Assembly (NCBI RefSeq): GCF_018977255.1
Contig: NW_024705561.1
Span: 1-34,512 of the forward strand
Origin: Callorhinchus milii
Lineage: Eukaryota
Direction: 5' to 3'
Length of the DNA: 34,512 nucleotides
A model generated the notes under the pieces. It searched no databases. It was not told the DNA's origin and saw nothing but the letters and a program-made list of their open reading frames with translations. The translations under genes and the position numbers were made by a program. Below, in pieces: positions 19,651 through 32,734 of this stretch (positions within the stretch are counted from its first letter, which is position 1; each line of letters opens with the position of its first letter).

Positions 19651-20384
19651 TATGCCAACTACAAGGACTGTGAACCCCTGAAAACCTGCAGCTGACAATA
19701 AGGAGGAGGAGAGTATAAAACGGACTCTGATCAGACACAATGTTTTGTTCTCCTTGACTGTTTGATGCTCATGTTCCAGTTACCACATGCATTGTAACTC
19801 AGAAACTATATCACTGGCGTAATGAAGCAGAGATAAACAGACTCATTATCCTGAACATAATCATATAGCCTTACACTCAACTTGTGATATGGCCTGTTAT
19901 TCTCTGGATAGATAAGCCGGTTTCAACACATCAGTAACCTTACATAAAAAATAAATCAACTGCCTTTATTTAGCAACCGACATAAATTACGGCAAGTCCT
20001 GTGTCTCGCTATATTGTTATATTGGTTTGGAATTCATTTTCTTGCCCACAGTTCAAGACTGCGAGTTCACAGAAAAAGATTGTTTGCAGATTTTATACAA
20101 CAGCTTAAGCTGAAAAGCAGTTTATGTACAAAATGCTAAACAAGTTGCTTATTTTCATGTGTAAAGCCTTTTTGTTCTGCTCACTGTGGAAACCCGCTTG
20201 ACAGGAAGACTCAGACTAATTTCGGGTGGGAAGGAAACTCAGTGCACAATATTCAGGAAGCAGCTGTGATTGTGTGCAGTCAGTCAGTGATTATCTTCCT
20301 GCCCTCACACCCGGAGCCCACAGCCTGACCTTTCATATGTCATTTGCCTTCACACCTGCCACAGCAGCAACAGCAGCAGCTGCA

Positions 20385-20654
20385 GCTGGTCATCTCAAGC
20401 TGCTAAGTCATCGCAATCCGTCAGGTCATGTCCACCTGTCTGGTCATCTCAAGCTGTCAGGTTATCCCTAAATGTCATTTCATCTCAAGCTGGTTGGTCA
20501 TCTCAAGCTCTCTGTTCATCTCAGTCTGTCTGGTCATCTCAATCTGTCCGGTCATCTCAAACTGTCTGGTCATCTCAAACTGTCTGGTCATCTCAAACTG
20601 TCAGGTCATCTCAAGCTTTCTGGTCATCTCAAACTGTCTGTTCATCTCAAGATG
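20385..20654. repeat. 18-bp minisatellite, 15 copies, no indels (consensus TCTGGTCATCTCAARCTG)
   Basis: Counted unit by unit; reads (SGHLKL)n in one + frame with one in-frame TAA. Confidence 0.95.
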
Positions 20655-21079
20655 CGTTGAGGAAGGATTTCGGAAAATATAATAAACAACAGTCAGCAGC
20701 CACTAAGCACCAGTGGCTAAGTGTGTGTCTGTGTGTTCCTCTGTGAGTGGGAGAGAGTATGTTTCTTTGTGTGTGTGTGTCTGAGTATGTTTTTTGCTGT
20801 GTGTACGTCCTCATACTGATATTCACGATGCAACCTCTATATAGTTTGATATCACCAGTGAGACTCTCTATGTATGTGCGTTTGTAGCTCTGTGTGTGGC
20901 TCTGTGTGTCTGTGTGTGTGCTGAGTGGCTGTGGCAGGTGTTATTAGCTGTGGCTGGTGTTTTAGTGGCTGTAGCTGGTGCTCAGAAACAGAAGGAGACA
21001 ATTCAGGCAATTGAGTATTTTCCGCTATTCTATAAGATCATTGCTGATCTGCAGCTCAAATCCAATTACTCGCCTTTGA

Positions 21080-21900
21080 CCCATATCCCTTGATAACCTA
21101 ACCTTATCAATATCTATATATCTCAGTTTGAAAATGTGAACGGATCCGGCATCCACTAATATCTGGGTGAAATCTGCTGTTATTTATGCTCCTAAATGGT
21201 TTCGCTCCAATTTTGAGATTTTGCCCACTTGTTTTGGTTTCCACAGCAAAGGAATAGTTTCTATGTAACTACACTATCCCATCGCTTTATTATTTTTGGA
21301 AAAAAAATCAATCAGATCACCCGACAACATTTTCTACTTAAGGGAACAGAGACCGAGTTTATGCAACCGATCCTGATTATATAATCCTTTAAGCCCCGTT
21401 ATCATTCTTGTCAGTCTACGCTGCACCTCGTCCAGAGCGAATGCATGCTTCCTGAGGTGCGATGACCGAAACTGAACACAGTACTCCAGGTGGGGTCTGA
21501 CCGAGCATCTAATCGTTGGAAACATAATTTACTCCTCTTTATATTCTTGAGATAAAGGCAACGTTCCACCAGCTATTTAGATACCGATTTTTGACGTTGA
21601 TAACGGAGGGCTGGTTTTTAGTAATTTGTGGTCGTGGATACCCAAATCCGTTTGCCCTTCCACAGTTCTTAGTTTCTCACCACACTGAAAAGATTCAGTT
21701 TTACACTGTGTTCCATCTGTCACAGTTTGCCCACTCACTTGTTCTGTCCAAGTCCCTCTGCAAGTTGCAGCTCACAATTACACAATTTACTGTTCCTCCT
21801 AACTTTGCATCACTTGTAAATTTGGCACAAACATTTCTATTCCTTTATCCGAATCATTATATGCATATGGTGAAAAGTTGAAGCCCCAGAATAGACCCTT
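21080..21900 (-). mobile_element. CR1 LINE 3' fragment (degenerate ORF2 C-terminus)
   Basis: RPHLEYCVQFRSSHLRK...EVQRRLTRMITGLKGL matches the CR1 RT C-terminal motif. Confidence 0.85.
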
Positions 21901-21974
21901 GGGAAACAGCAGTCTAATTGTGGAGCATTAATTCCATGAGATCACCACAAATCCAGCATAAGATCTGAAGAAGT

Positions 21975-22335
21975 CCTGTCGAGCAGTGTAAAGCAAATGC
22001 GTTCTGTTGTAAAGCCTAAGGACCCTGGTTCGATTCCCTGGTAAGGTGAAATCTTAGGTATGTTTTCTTATTCCACAAGCCTCTATTTACAAGCAGTAAG
22101 TAGGCATGCGGTTGGTAGGCTTTGGCAGATCACATTTTTGGGTGAAAATGCTTCCCAAAAAATTGATCACTCATTGCACGACGATGTGCGGGATGCTGCT
22201 GCGCGACATTGGCTGCCTGGTTCCCCCCACAAATTAAACATTTAAATCACTCTACAAGATTTTATGCAAAACTCTTTGAAATATCTCAACAACGTGAAAA
22301 GGCACTATATCGAATGCAAGGATTATTATTATCTA
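21975..22335 (+). mobile_element. tRNA-derived SINE
   Basis: B box GGTTCGATTCCC at ~22028, GTAAGTAGG core, tail CGTGAAAAGGCACTATATCGAATGCAAGGATTATTATT. Confidence 0.8.
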
Positions 22336-22392
22336 CGGTTGTGCGTAACTCAGCATGAGGCAGTGATGGTGACGGTGACACAGGTAAACGTT

Positions 22393-23294
22393 TCATGATT
22401 TAATCAGCTTCAGCACTGGATTGATAACATACGCAACCATATTCTTAATTTCTTACCTGAATTTTTTTGTGTCACAGCATAAATACATATTTTTGTGGCA
22501 CTGCTTAAACGCTGAGGCATTCTTCCGGAATGATACCGAATAAAGGCTGGGTCATTATAATCTGTGTAAATATAGCTTGCTACTTGCCCACATATGATAT
22601 GTACAAAAGAGGTCATCCAAATTCAGATGAAAGTGCCCGATAGAGTGAATAGCAAAATAATAGATTTTTTCATGTTCTCTGTCTCTGGGATATTGTTACT
22701 CACATAATGTTTCTGGCTGAGAAGAACTCCGCAAATTCTGTTTGCCACAATAATGTGTCTGATAATTAGAGCTTTGAAGAGCAAAATCAGCGAATATGGA
22801 ATTAATGGGATAAAAATGATATCTACCAGATTAAATGATGCCCAAACGCATCTCGTGTGAAAGGTTTTTATCAGTTTACAGAACCAGGGAACATTATTTA
22901 TTACGAAGTTAAATTCAAACGCAAAACACCAGGGAATGTCGCTCAGACAGCTCAGTGTACACTCAATCCCTATAAACAAGGCTGCCGTTCTCTGGGTGCA
23001 ATATTGTCGTTTCAGCTTCTCACAGCAAATAATCACAAAACGATCAAATGTGAAAGCGACTGTTAACCAGACAGAGATGTCAGAAGCTGTAGCATTGGGG
23101 GAAGCTAGCGGTAGTACATGTAGCAGTCAAATCCAGGAATCCAAAAGGAAAATACAGAAAATTAATCCGAGTTTATATCACAGCATCGATAACCACGAGC
23201 AGATCTGTCGTTGACGTGGCAACAAGGTAACGAGTGCCACAGGAGGAGAGACCATACTTTCCACGGGAGAGGATCGCAATGGCAAGTAAGTTTC
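22393..23294 (-). pseudogene. GPR139/GPR142-like class A GPCR pseudogene (main exon)
   Basis: Acceptor CTGCAG then NLLAIAILSRGKYGLSSCGTRYLV...; homologous to 28884-29800; several in-frame stops (e.g. VI*, FI* at 22623-22625) and frameshifts. Confidence 0.9.
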
Positions 23295-24229
23295 CTGCAG
23301 AAATGTAATCATTGATCAGACTCCACGTTACCCACGTTATTGTTAGCTCTTACACATGCTGAAATTCATCTGAACTACACTGAGATTGCTGCATGTACAC
23401 ATGCCATGAAACACACACTCAATTCCTTCAGGGACACACACTACAGTAACAGTTACAGGTTAGTGAACAAAAGCTGGTGGACATCAGAGTATTGTGGGTG
23501 TATTACAGCAGTTGAAACAATTGAAACAGCACATAGCTTGTCCACTGGGAATCTTGCCTATGTGATGTCTACTGCTTGTCCAGCTGGGATTGTATTTGTT
23601 GCAGCATTGGGATTGAAATAAATGGACCGAGTGGGAAGTATCGCTGACCATCCTTAATGCGCTGCTGATGATTAAGGTCTGTTACTGCAGAGCCTTGTGG
23701 ATCGCTTATCGAAAGTCAGGGTGTGAACACTGCCACACAGGGTTGACTTGGTTACGACAACCTGTTGCGAATCTGGAGCGTGTTCAACGAAAATCCACTT
23801 AACTATACCCAAAGCACCCTAAAGAAGAATTACCAAATTGGTCATTTGACATCGAACACGTCGACGTTCGAGCGCTAACTAGGTGGGTGGCAATCACAAG
23901 GAAATCCATCAGAGCGAACTGATGATCACAACTCAACATGAAATACATGAGAGCTTTACCACCATCTTGTTGCCCACATCACACTCATACACATTGCATC
24001 ATGGTGCCATCAGTTGGCATTGCGGGGCTTGAGGATCATCATCTTACCTTGAAAGTTAGAACGTAAACGGCTGCAGGGCTAAGTTTAAATAAGTATCAGT
24101 TCCTCAAACTTATTGCATATTAAACCAATTACATACACACGACTGTATTTGCATCACTGTAATGGAATCGATGTGGCGGAATCATTGGCGGTAAACTATG
24201 CAATGGTTATTAGCATATTTAGTGTGCTA

Positions 24230-24420
24230 ATCGTGCCAACGTGGCTCAGTTGGTGGCACTTTTGCCTCTCAGTTTTGAGGTTGTGGGTTGAAGCCCAAGC
24301 AAGACTTTCATCATGCTGTCCAGGCTGATAGTCCAATACAGTGGAGGGTGAGCACTGCTTTGCCAGCAGACCTGCCTGAGATGAGGCAGTAAGTTGAGGT
24401 CCATTTGTGACCGTTAACAT
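24230..24420 (+). mobile_element. SINE head/body
   Basis: GTGGCTCAGTTGGTGGCAC (A box) and GGGTTGAAGCCC (B-box-like). Confidence 0.7.
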
Positions 24421-24499
24421 TTTATAGAAAAATAACACGCACCTTCTAAATCAGGTTGCAATCAAACTGAATTTAAAAAATCAGACTTTTTAAATTGTC

Positions 24500-26260
24500 A
24501 TACTTGCTTTAAATCAATTGAGCGTGAAAATCTGAGTCAAACGAAACCACCTATCTGATAGCTTACCAAGCCCTCTGATTTTAACGTTGTGACCCCTGGT
24601 TTAATTTCTCCAACCGGGGGCCACAATATCCCACTATCTACTCTATCATGCCCTTTGATGATCTTATTGGTTTCTATAAGATCTCCTATAATTCTTCTAT
24701 ATTCGGGAAAATATAGGCCCAAATTGCTAAGTCTATCCTAGTAACTCAACCCCTTCATCCCTGGCACTAACCTAGTAAACATACGCTGATCCGCTCCAAG
24801 GCAAGTACATCCTTCGTTCAATGAGGAGACCAAAACTGGACACATTGTTGCAGGTGTTTGTCTAACCAGAGCCCCAACCAGTTGCAGCAAGACTTCCCTA
24901 CTCTTGTACACTAATCCTTTCATAATGAATGCTAACATACCATTCGCCTTCCTAATCACTTGCTGCACCTGCAGAAGAACTTTCTGTGATTGTTGTGCAA
25001 GGACACCCAAGTCCTTCTGGACGCTAAAACATTCCAATCTCTCCCATTCTAAAAAATAACCCGCTCTTACTATTTTGCTCCTAGGAGGATGACTTCGCAC
25101 TTCCCTACATTATACTTAATCTGACACTAACCTACCTGCCCATTTACTTAACCTGCCTATGTCTCGCTGCATTTTTGTAATGCCGTCCTCTGTGTTGGCA
25201 CTTCCTCCTAGTGTTGTGTCATCCGCGCATTTAAATATGTTAACTTTGATGTCCTCATCTGGATCGTTGATGAAGATGGTAAATAGCTGAGGCCCAAGGA
25301 CTGATCCTTGTGGAACGCCACTGGTCACATCCCGACAATCTGAAAAGGACACGTTTTTCCCTACTCGTTGTTTCCTACCCGTTAACAATTCTCCAATCCA
25401 CGTTAATATGCTCCACCCAATTCCATGGGCCCTTATCTTTCGGATTAACCTTTTATGCGACACCTTATCCAATGCCTTCTGGATGTCCAAGTAGACCACA
25501 TCCACTGATTCACCTTTATCTAATTTACTGGAAATATCCTCGAAAAGCTCTATGCGATTTGTCAAACATGACTTCCCTTTTGTCAAGCAGTGTAGACTTG
25601 GCCTAATTATATTGTGCTCTCCTAAATACCGCACTACGACACCCTTAATCAACGATTCTATTTTTTTTCCTATCACTGATGTGAGAATAACAGACACATA
25701 GATACCCACCTTTTCCTTTCCACCTTTTTTACACAGCGTTGTGATATTTGCAATCTTCCAATCCATAGCGATTATGCCAGAATACAAGGAATTTTTGTAA
25801 GATCAGTCACCAGGCCTCAACTAGCTCATAAGCTACCACTTTTTAAACCCTGGTATGCAAGCCATCCAGAACAGGGGGGTTTGTCACATTTTATTGCTAA
25901 CAGTTTCCCCAGCACCAATTCTCTGCTAATGAAAATTTCCCTAAGTTGGCCCCTGTCCTTATCCTATTGGTGCATCTCTATTGTTGGCAGATTTGTTGTG
26001 TCTTCTCGGGTGAAGACAGATGCAAAGTACCCATTTAAGGACTCTGCCATGTCCTTTTTTCCCATTACAACTTCTCCCCACTCTGATTGAATTGGACCTA
26101 AGGTTTACCTTCACTAGCCTTTTCCTTTTAATGTATTTGTAAAAACGTCTCCAATCAGACGTAATGGTCCTAGCTAGCTTAACCTCATACTCTTTTACTC
26201 GCTCTTAATTACATTTTTTTGGGCTGCTTTCTAAAATTTTGACTGGTTACTGAAACTGCT
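24500..26260 (-). mobile_element. 5'-truncated CR1 LINE, frameshifted reverse transcriptase ORF2
   Basis: RT motifs YLDIQKALDKVSHKRL, GVPQGSVLGPQLFTIFIND and degenerate CADDT; continues as VQQVIRKANGMLAFI...RFTRLVPGMKGLSY in another frame. Confidence 0.93.
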
Positions 26261-26369
26261 GGGAACTAAATTCATGTCTCTCCCTTGAAAAGCGAGTTTT
26301 TGAGTTACAGAGCTCCAGAATTACTAGAATTCCTAACGGATAATATTACAATATGTAACGTAGCGCAAC

Positions 26370-27155
26370 CTTTGACATTCAGTCGGATTTGCATATTGCT
26401 TTTCGGCCCGTGCCAGGGGCTCCGCACCTCAGTTGCTGGCAGCATCAGCCTCAATGGCTGCACACTCAACCTCATTGAGCCAGTAAGAAACCGGGGTGTC
26501 TTATTTGACCACATGTACGTCATGAACGGCACTGCCTGCCACCACCTCCGCAACATTGCCTAATTCCGCCTGTGCCTCACCCTTCAGACTGCCGAAACCC
26601 TCACCCACGCATACGTCACCTCAAGGCTTGATTACTGGAACAACCTCCTCATTCGGCCTTCACAACTCTTCCCTTCACAAGGTGCAGATCATCCAAAATT
26701 CCGCAGCCCATGTAATCTCACGCACAGGCTCCGTGACACCATTATTGCCACCCTCGCCCGACTCCACCGGCTCCCCATCCCTCAGAGGATCGAGTTCAAG
26801 ATCCTCGTCCTCACCTTGACTCCCCCCCAACATGCCCGCTCCCTCCGTTCAGCGGGCTCCAGTCTCCATGTCTCCCGCCCGACCCACGCTACCGTCGGTG
26901 GCCGGGCTTTCTGCCTCTATGCTCCCACACTCTGGAAGTCCATCCCACGGTCCCCTTGCCTCGCTTGCTCGCTCGCATCCTTTAACGCCCATCTCAAGAA
27001 TCATCTTTCTACAGTGCCTTTGGTCTCCGTCCCACCACTCTGCCTTCCCTCTACGCTACACCATCCCTCCCGCATCCTCTAGCATCGACAGCTGATTGAT
27101 CAATGCTTTGGGACTTACTCCCGACGAGAAAGGCGCTCAATAAATATACTTTTTT
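26370..27155 (+). mobile_element. L2 LINE 3' fragment
   Basis: VRNRGVLFD and LHKVQIIQNSAA motifs, CCCTCAGAGGATCGAGTTCAAGATCCTC, and tail GCTTTGGGAC...GAAAGGCGCTCAATAAAT. Confidence 0.88.
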
Positions 27156-28149
27156 GTGATGTCACCTTCTTCATGAATATTTGTCCTGGGTCTTCTTCAG
27201 TGACATGCAACAATATTGTGAGAGTTTAAATTAAAAATAGATCGACGCACTGAAATACTATATGCTGATTGGAAAATGTTCATGTAGTTTGTTTTTGGAA
27301 ACACATGTAATGACATTTTGTATAGAAGACATTCACCATAGCCACGTCAGTGCCTATGAATAAGCTTCGTGTGAAAAATGAGGACACTTAAACATTTGAT
27401 GAAAGTAACAGGTTTTTCTCCGCGACAAATAACAAACAGATGATGACCCACCGGCTCCCCATTAGGTGAACGCAAGCTTGTGAAAGGTTAAGTGTAAAGC
27501 CTTAATTCACGGTAACTACACTTTTGAATGTTGAATAAGATTACGGTAAAAAAAAATTGTTAGGTTTAACCACTTGCAATGTGGTAATGTGTGTTTTCTC
27601 CAAAATTCATGTACTGTTAAGTTACTCCAATCCCAACATGTGTGGCTGTCAAGCGGCGTACCATTTTGACTGAAGATATTAGACCAACTTTTCCTCTTTC
27701 TATCTCTCTTCACTACCCTCTTCAAACCAACTTTTTGCTTAAGTTCTGGTTGTTCCTTCATGGTTTTTATAACATCGAGGCTTGAATGTGCAAACTCTTT
27801 GTTTTTGGGCCTCCCCAACTCCTCTCTTTAAAAACACTTCATTTACTATAATGACCTTTTTACTGGCTTTCCCCTATCATACACATGCAGAAGCAGAGGG
27901 AGAAAAATACACATGCACAAACACTTGAAAGGATTCGCAAAGAAAATCACTTGTTTGTTTGTAAGTTTCTTTATTATCAATACAAAACAGTCCAATCCAA
28001 TATCTATAAGGCAACTGTTGTTCCATTTTCATTGTCCGATTGCACTTCATGTCTTCATCTCGTTAACTTTTTTTCTGAAATCCAAATTTGCCTATAAATG
28101 GATAAACTACCGAAAGGAGTTAGGCTTCGAGCTTTCCTGCTTCTCTCAG

Positions 28150-28830
28150 CCTGATCCGGGAGCAAGGACGGACAGTCGACACGGAGCTTTTGTGTCTCTC
28201 AAACTCTGACCTGGAAGTGTGGACGCCCAGTGCAGAAGCAGCTTTGCTGTTCCTCAATCCCTGACCTAGATGAGCGGACGTACATTTTAGAGGGATCTTT
28301 ACTGTGTCCGTAATCCTGATCTTGGAGTGTGGATGCATAGTGTAGAGGGAGCATGTTTGTGTCTCTATCCTTGAACTGGGAGTGTCGACGGATAGCATAG
28401 GGAACTTTTCTGCCTCTTTAATCCCTGAACTGTGAGTGTGGACGCACAGTGCAGAGGAAACTTTACAGGGTCTGTGTCAATGACATGTGATTGTGGCCAA
28501 TCAGTTTAGAGGGAGCTGTACTATGTCGCTAAATCTGTCCTTGGAATTATGATAGGCAGTTCAGAGGCAGATACATTCTGACGTTAATCCCAACCTGCAA
28601 GTGCGTACAGACAGTACAGACGGAGAATTATTCTATCTTAAACCATGATCTGGATGTATGGACACACAGCGAGGAGGGAGCTTTTCGCTGTCTTTAACCC
28701 TGAATTGGGTGTGTGAACAAACGATAGAAGGAGCTTTATTATGATTTTGCACCTGATCTTAGATTGTGAACAAGCAGTGTTCAGGGTATTTTTCGCTGTC
28801 GCTAACCCTCTCTTGGGAGTGTGGAGGTAA
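28150..28830. repeat. Diverged ~55-bp satellite, about 12 copies
   Basis: GAGTGTGGAC..CAGTG.AGAGGGAGCTTT..TGT.TCT.AA.CCTGA.CT core recurs at 54-55 bp spacing (28221, 28276, 28331, 28386, 28440...). Confidence 0.85.
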
Positions 28831-28883
28831 ATTTTAGTTTTAATTATTCAAACAGTAGAATGTCGGCAATGATGGAAAAGGTG

Positions 28884-29800
28884 TTAACGAAATACTCTAA
28901 CGACTAAAATAAACGGAAATTTTACCGCTTTACTCAGCTCCTCTCTGAACTTAGTCTGAGTAGCTGCATAAATACATGTGTTTGTACAGGAACTCAAAAG
29001 CTGCAGCATGTAGCCAGTTTCATAGAAAATAAACAACGGTTCATTCGGATCTGTGATGTTACCTGTTTTCGAAATCCTCCCGTATAAGAAAAAGGCTACT
29101 TGTGTTATCCACAATAATATAAAACTGGAGGAAACAGCAAAGAGTAAAACGATGGACTTCCTTCGGTTCTTCATCTCTGGATCACTGTCACTCGCTCCTC
29201 TGTTCCTGTCCCCATAACAGTGTCCCCACAATCGACTGCGGGCTTGACTGGCCACCAGTATGTGTCTGACTGTCAGGGCGTTGAGCAGCAAAATCAGAAA
29301 GAATGGGATAATCGGAGTTAAAGTGATATCGAACAGATCAAACGCTACCCAAATGCGAGAAATGAAAAAGTCTACTTTAAATTCGCAACCCCATGGCATA
29401 TTATTTTCTGTGTGCGATGATGTCCACACAAAATACCAGGGAATGTTTTCCCCAATCAAAAACATGATGACAACGGCTATTATAATACACGTCGATTTTT
29501 CAGTGCAATATTTGTTTTTCAGTTGTTGGCAACAAATAGCCACATATCGATCAAAAGTAAAAGTCACTGTAAGCCAAACTGAAGTTGTCGTTGATGTTGC
29601 CATCATGAAAAATAGAAGCCGACATACATGAGTAATGAACACAAATGAATTTGGAAAGTGATAAGGAATAATACGCCTGAAAATTACTTCGGTGGATACC
29701 AGCATCAGATCCGCCACTGACATGGCCACCAGATAGCGGGTGATGCATTTTGAGAGACCGCACTTCCCTCGAGACAGGATCACAATTGACGCCAGGTTAG
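28884..29800 (-). CDS. GPR139/GPR142-like rhodopsin-class GPCR, main coding exon (first exon not located)
   Basis: Acceptor TTCTCTCCCTGCAG at 29801; open frame to stop at 28884; TM2 DL, TM3 FDRY, TM6 FILLW, TM7 NTCIY. The N-terminus and most of TM1 are missing, so an upstream exon is expected. Confidence 0.88.
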
Positions 29801-30414
29801 CTGCAGGGAGAGAAGAAGAGAAATGGCAATTTATCACGATGGATTGTTACAATTTGTATGGAATTGTTTAAACGAAAGATGCGGTCTCTATTTAACAAAG
29901 CAGTAGTCTTTCCTGGTCAGTCCTTGTTCTCGAACAGTGTTGCCCCATTTTCCATCACCAAACCTGTCTGCATCACCTGCTAAATTATGTGCCATTGCCT
30001 TCAATACATCAAGCTGATTGTCCTCAGTTAATCCATGGTGTCTCAAGAGGTAAAACCTGTTATAGACTCTAAAAATGCTGATGTTAGACTGGCTGACACG
30101 GAAGAATGGAAGGACGGACGGTCGGAAGGACGGATGGAGTTAGACTGATTGACTGACTGATTAATTTGCATGGATTTTAGACTGAATGACTGGACTTCCG
30201 TTTATTTGATGGACCTGTTCTCCACTTAGAAAACGTGCAGTGGAAATAACTAGCTGACAGGCCCCTGATGTACATTTCATATGGAAGGATATTCAGAAAA
30301 TTTAAGCCAGTTTATTTTTATTTTCTTCTCTGCCCTCAGCACATATGTATTTGCTTTTCCACCTACACCAAACGAAACATCATTGATTATATCCTCATTT
30401 TTGGTGTCCTGTAT

Positions 30415-30720
30415 ATCTGTGGTTAGATCACTCGCCACGCAAGCGAGAGACTAGGGTTCATTTCCCGGAAGGGCAAATCTTGGGCCAGTTTACTTACTCG
30501 ACATGCCCGATAATAATACCTCAAGTAAGAAAACAATAATATATTGGTCACTTCAATCGACGACTCTTTGTGGGACACTGCTGTTCACAAGTGGCTGCCG
30601 CGTTGCTCCCACATATATACAGTCACTTCACGTTGCAACATATTCTGTGTAGCGCTTTGGGACGTCTAGAAGATGTGAAAAGCGCTAAATCAAATGCAAG
30701 GATTACTTATTTTTATTATA
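30415..30720 (+). mobile_element. tRNA-derived SINE
   Basis: Head GGGTTCATTTCCCGG, body GTGGCTGCCGCGTT, tail AGCGCTTTGGGACGTC...GTGAAAAGCGCTAAATCAAATGCAAGGATTA. Confidence 0.8.
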
Positions 30721-31639
30721 TAGCGTTTGACCACCCAAACATCCCTCCTCTATCCTGCAGGTTAATAGGTTCCCTTTCTGCAGGGTTTCCAAATTTCCTA
30801 ACATGCTGCAACATTATCTTTTTTAAAAAGCTCCACCTTGTGGCTTTCCAAAATCGAGATATAGTGGTTCATCTCCGTTGCGACTTCTACCTGTGATCAA
30901 GTTTTCACCGCCACTTTATGATCCTGGTCAGTTCTGATGCTCAAGCTCTCTGTTATTCTTCAGCCCTTTCACTACTTAATTGTCTGTGTTTGCCTCTCTG
31001 CAATCCAAATCTGTAGGATCCAAATCTCTTGGTTCCAATTCTACTGGAGCAAATGCATGCATGTTGTCAACTCTAATATTTGCTCCTCCCAACCTCGCAC
31101 CGTGACAGGACATTGAAAACTTCAGGGTTACGTACTGAGACCCAAACCTGTTCCACTGTATAACGTCATTTGTAGTCTGACATAATTTCCATATTTATGT
31201 GGAAAACACCCAAATCTGACCGCTTTTTCAAACACACCAAATTATGAGACAAACTGTGCCACTCAGCACTTTCCTTATAACTCCTTAATTCGCCTCATTC
31301 TGCCACTGAACAAAATCACTTTTCTTCACCTCAGCTATAAACTTCCGAAATTTGCTGATGTTTTACATCAAAACGCTCTGATCCACACTTTCCTTCTGAA
31401 CCCACTCCACTATGGAAATACAATCCTCACCAATTATCAGGTTGCACTTTCCATTATTTCCAGCTTATGCAGTAATCAGAGCATTGCTCTCCTCCTCATC
31501 AGTAACAAACAGTTGTTACGATTTCTTCAAGCTCAATTAGTCGCATTTCTCATCATATTCAAACAAAGTTCCGAAGTATCTTCACACCCCCATAATCATC
31601 GCCATTATATTATTCTCAATAAATACATTTTGGTTTCAA

Positions 31640-32110
31640 GCCTTCAATTTGTAATCAGAGAGGGGAAGGGTGTGAACGATGGCATGGTCAAAGAGGAGGG
31701 TCTTGAATCGGGAATTCAAAGAGGCTATGGAGGGCTAGGGGCTGAGAGACTGGGTGATGAAATTCCAGAGGATGCGGGCAGGGTGTCTGAAGGCTCTCCC
31801 GACATTGTTGGGGCGAGTGGGTTGGGGTACGTGGAGCAGGCCAGGGCATCCTGAGCGGTGGGAACGGGCGGCCTAGTAAGGGGTCAGGACGTCGCAGATG
31901 TAATGTGGGGTGAGGCCATGGAGGTCTTTGTATGTGAGGACCAAGATCTTGGACTGGATCCTCTGAAGAATAGGAAGCCAATGGAGTCGGGCGAGAGTGG
32001 GGGGTTCGGATTACCTGGGGAGTTTGATGCGGGAGAGGACACGGGCTACATGGTTAGTTCTGTAATATGTGCAGCCTTTGCATGGAGGTGTTGTGAAAGC
32101 CGGCAAGCAG
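31640..32110 (-). mobile_element. L2 LINE 3' fragment
   Basis: Reverse complement gives LHWLPILQRIQSKILVLTYKDLHGLTP, the L2 C-terminal motif. Confidence 0.85.
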
Positions 32111-32269
32111 GGCGTTTAAACTTAAGTTAAACCTTGTTCTCACCTGCCTGCTCACACGGACATTAAGGATTACATGGTAGTAATCTGGTATTCTACTCAC
32201 CAATATCCATGAAGTTCATGAACAAGTCCAAAACTGTTTGTGGATCATTGCTGTGGAATCCTTTACCAC

Positions 32270-32620
32270 AGTGGCTGGAGAAATCGCCTCCTATTTCAGA
32301 GACTTGAATTCGATTCCTGGTAGGGCGAAATGTTGGGCAAGTTTCCTTACTTCAAAATGTTATTTGTTTACAATCAGTAAGTAGGAACCCGTGTGTTAGT
32401 TGATTGGCGTATCACTTCATCTGAGGTAATAGATCCTTCAAGAAGAATATAAATTGGGTATTTTCTCCATGAATGTTTCCGCTGCGCACAGTTGCTGCGC
32501 ACAATTGCCTTTCAAGTTTCTCTCTTTCATATGCAGTCAATTGTATTTACAGCATATTCAATAAGGAGCTTGGTGATGTCTCGAAGAGATGACATCTAAA
32601 TGGGAGATTTATCATTAATA
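32270..32620 (+). mobile_element. tRNA-derived SINE
   Basis: TTCGATTCCTGGTAGGGCGAAATGTTGGGCAAGTTTCCTTAC and GTAAGTAGGAAC as in the 21975 copy. Confidence 0.72.
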
Positions 32621-32734
32621 TTCTCAGGTTTTCAGGCAATTTTCATCTCATCATGAAATACAAACAAGAGCCAACCGAGAAAATTTCCCTCTCAGTCTAG
32701 CTTCAATAACCATTGAATCAATGCCCATTTAATT

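Noticed and set aside
20385-20654. 18-bp array as CRISPR or an Ig switch region
   Set aside because: No unique spacers, eukaryotic context, and it lies upstream of V rather than of a C exon.
20896-21093. ORF resembling a signal peptide (WLWQVLLAVAGVLVAVAGAQ)
   Set aside because: Arises from GT-rich low-complexity DNA, starts at GTG and runs into a CR1 fragment.
27516-27818. 100-aa minus-strand ORF
   Set aside because: No recognisable domain or ATG start; may be a decayed retroelement fragment but I cannot support that.
32194-32260. Strong minus-strand donor G|GTGAGT near 32200 as the GPCR first exon
   Set aside because: The in-phase upstream translation (…QTVLDLFMNFMDI) lacks the expected TM1-start sequence.
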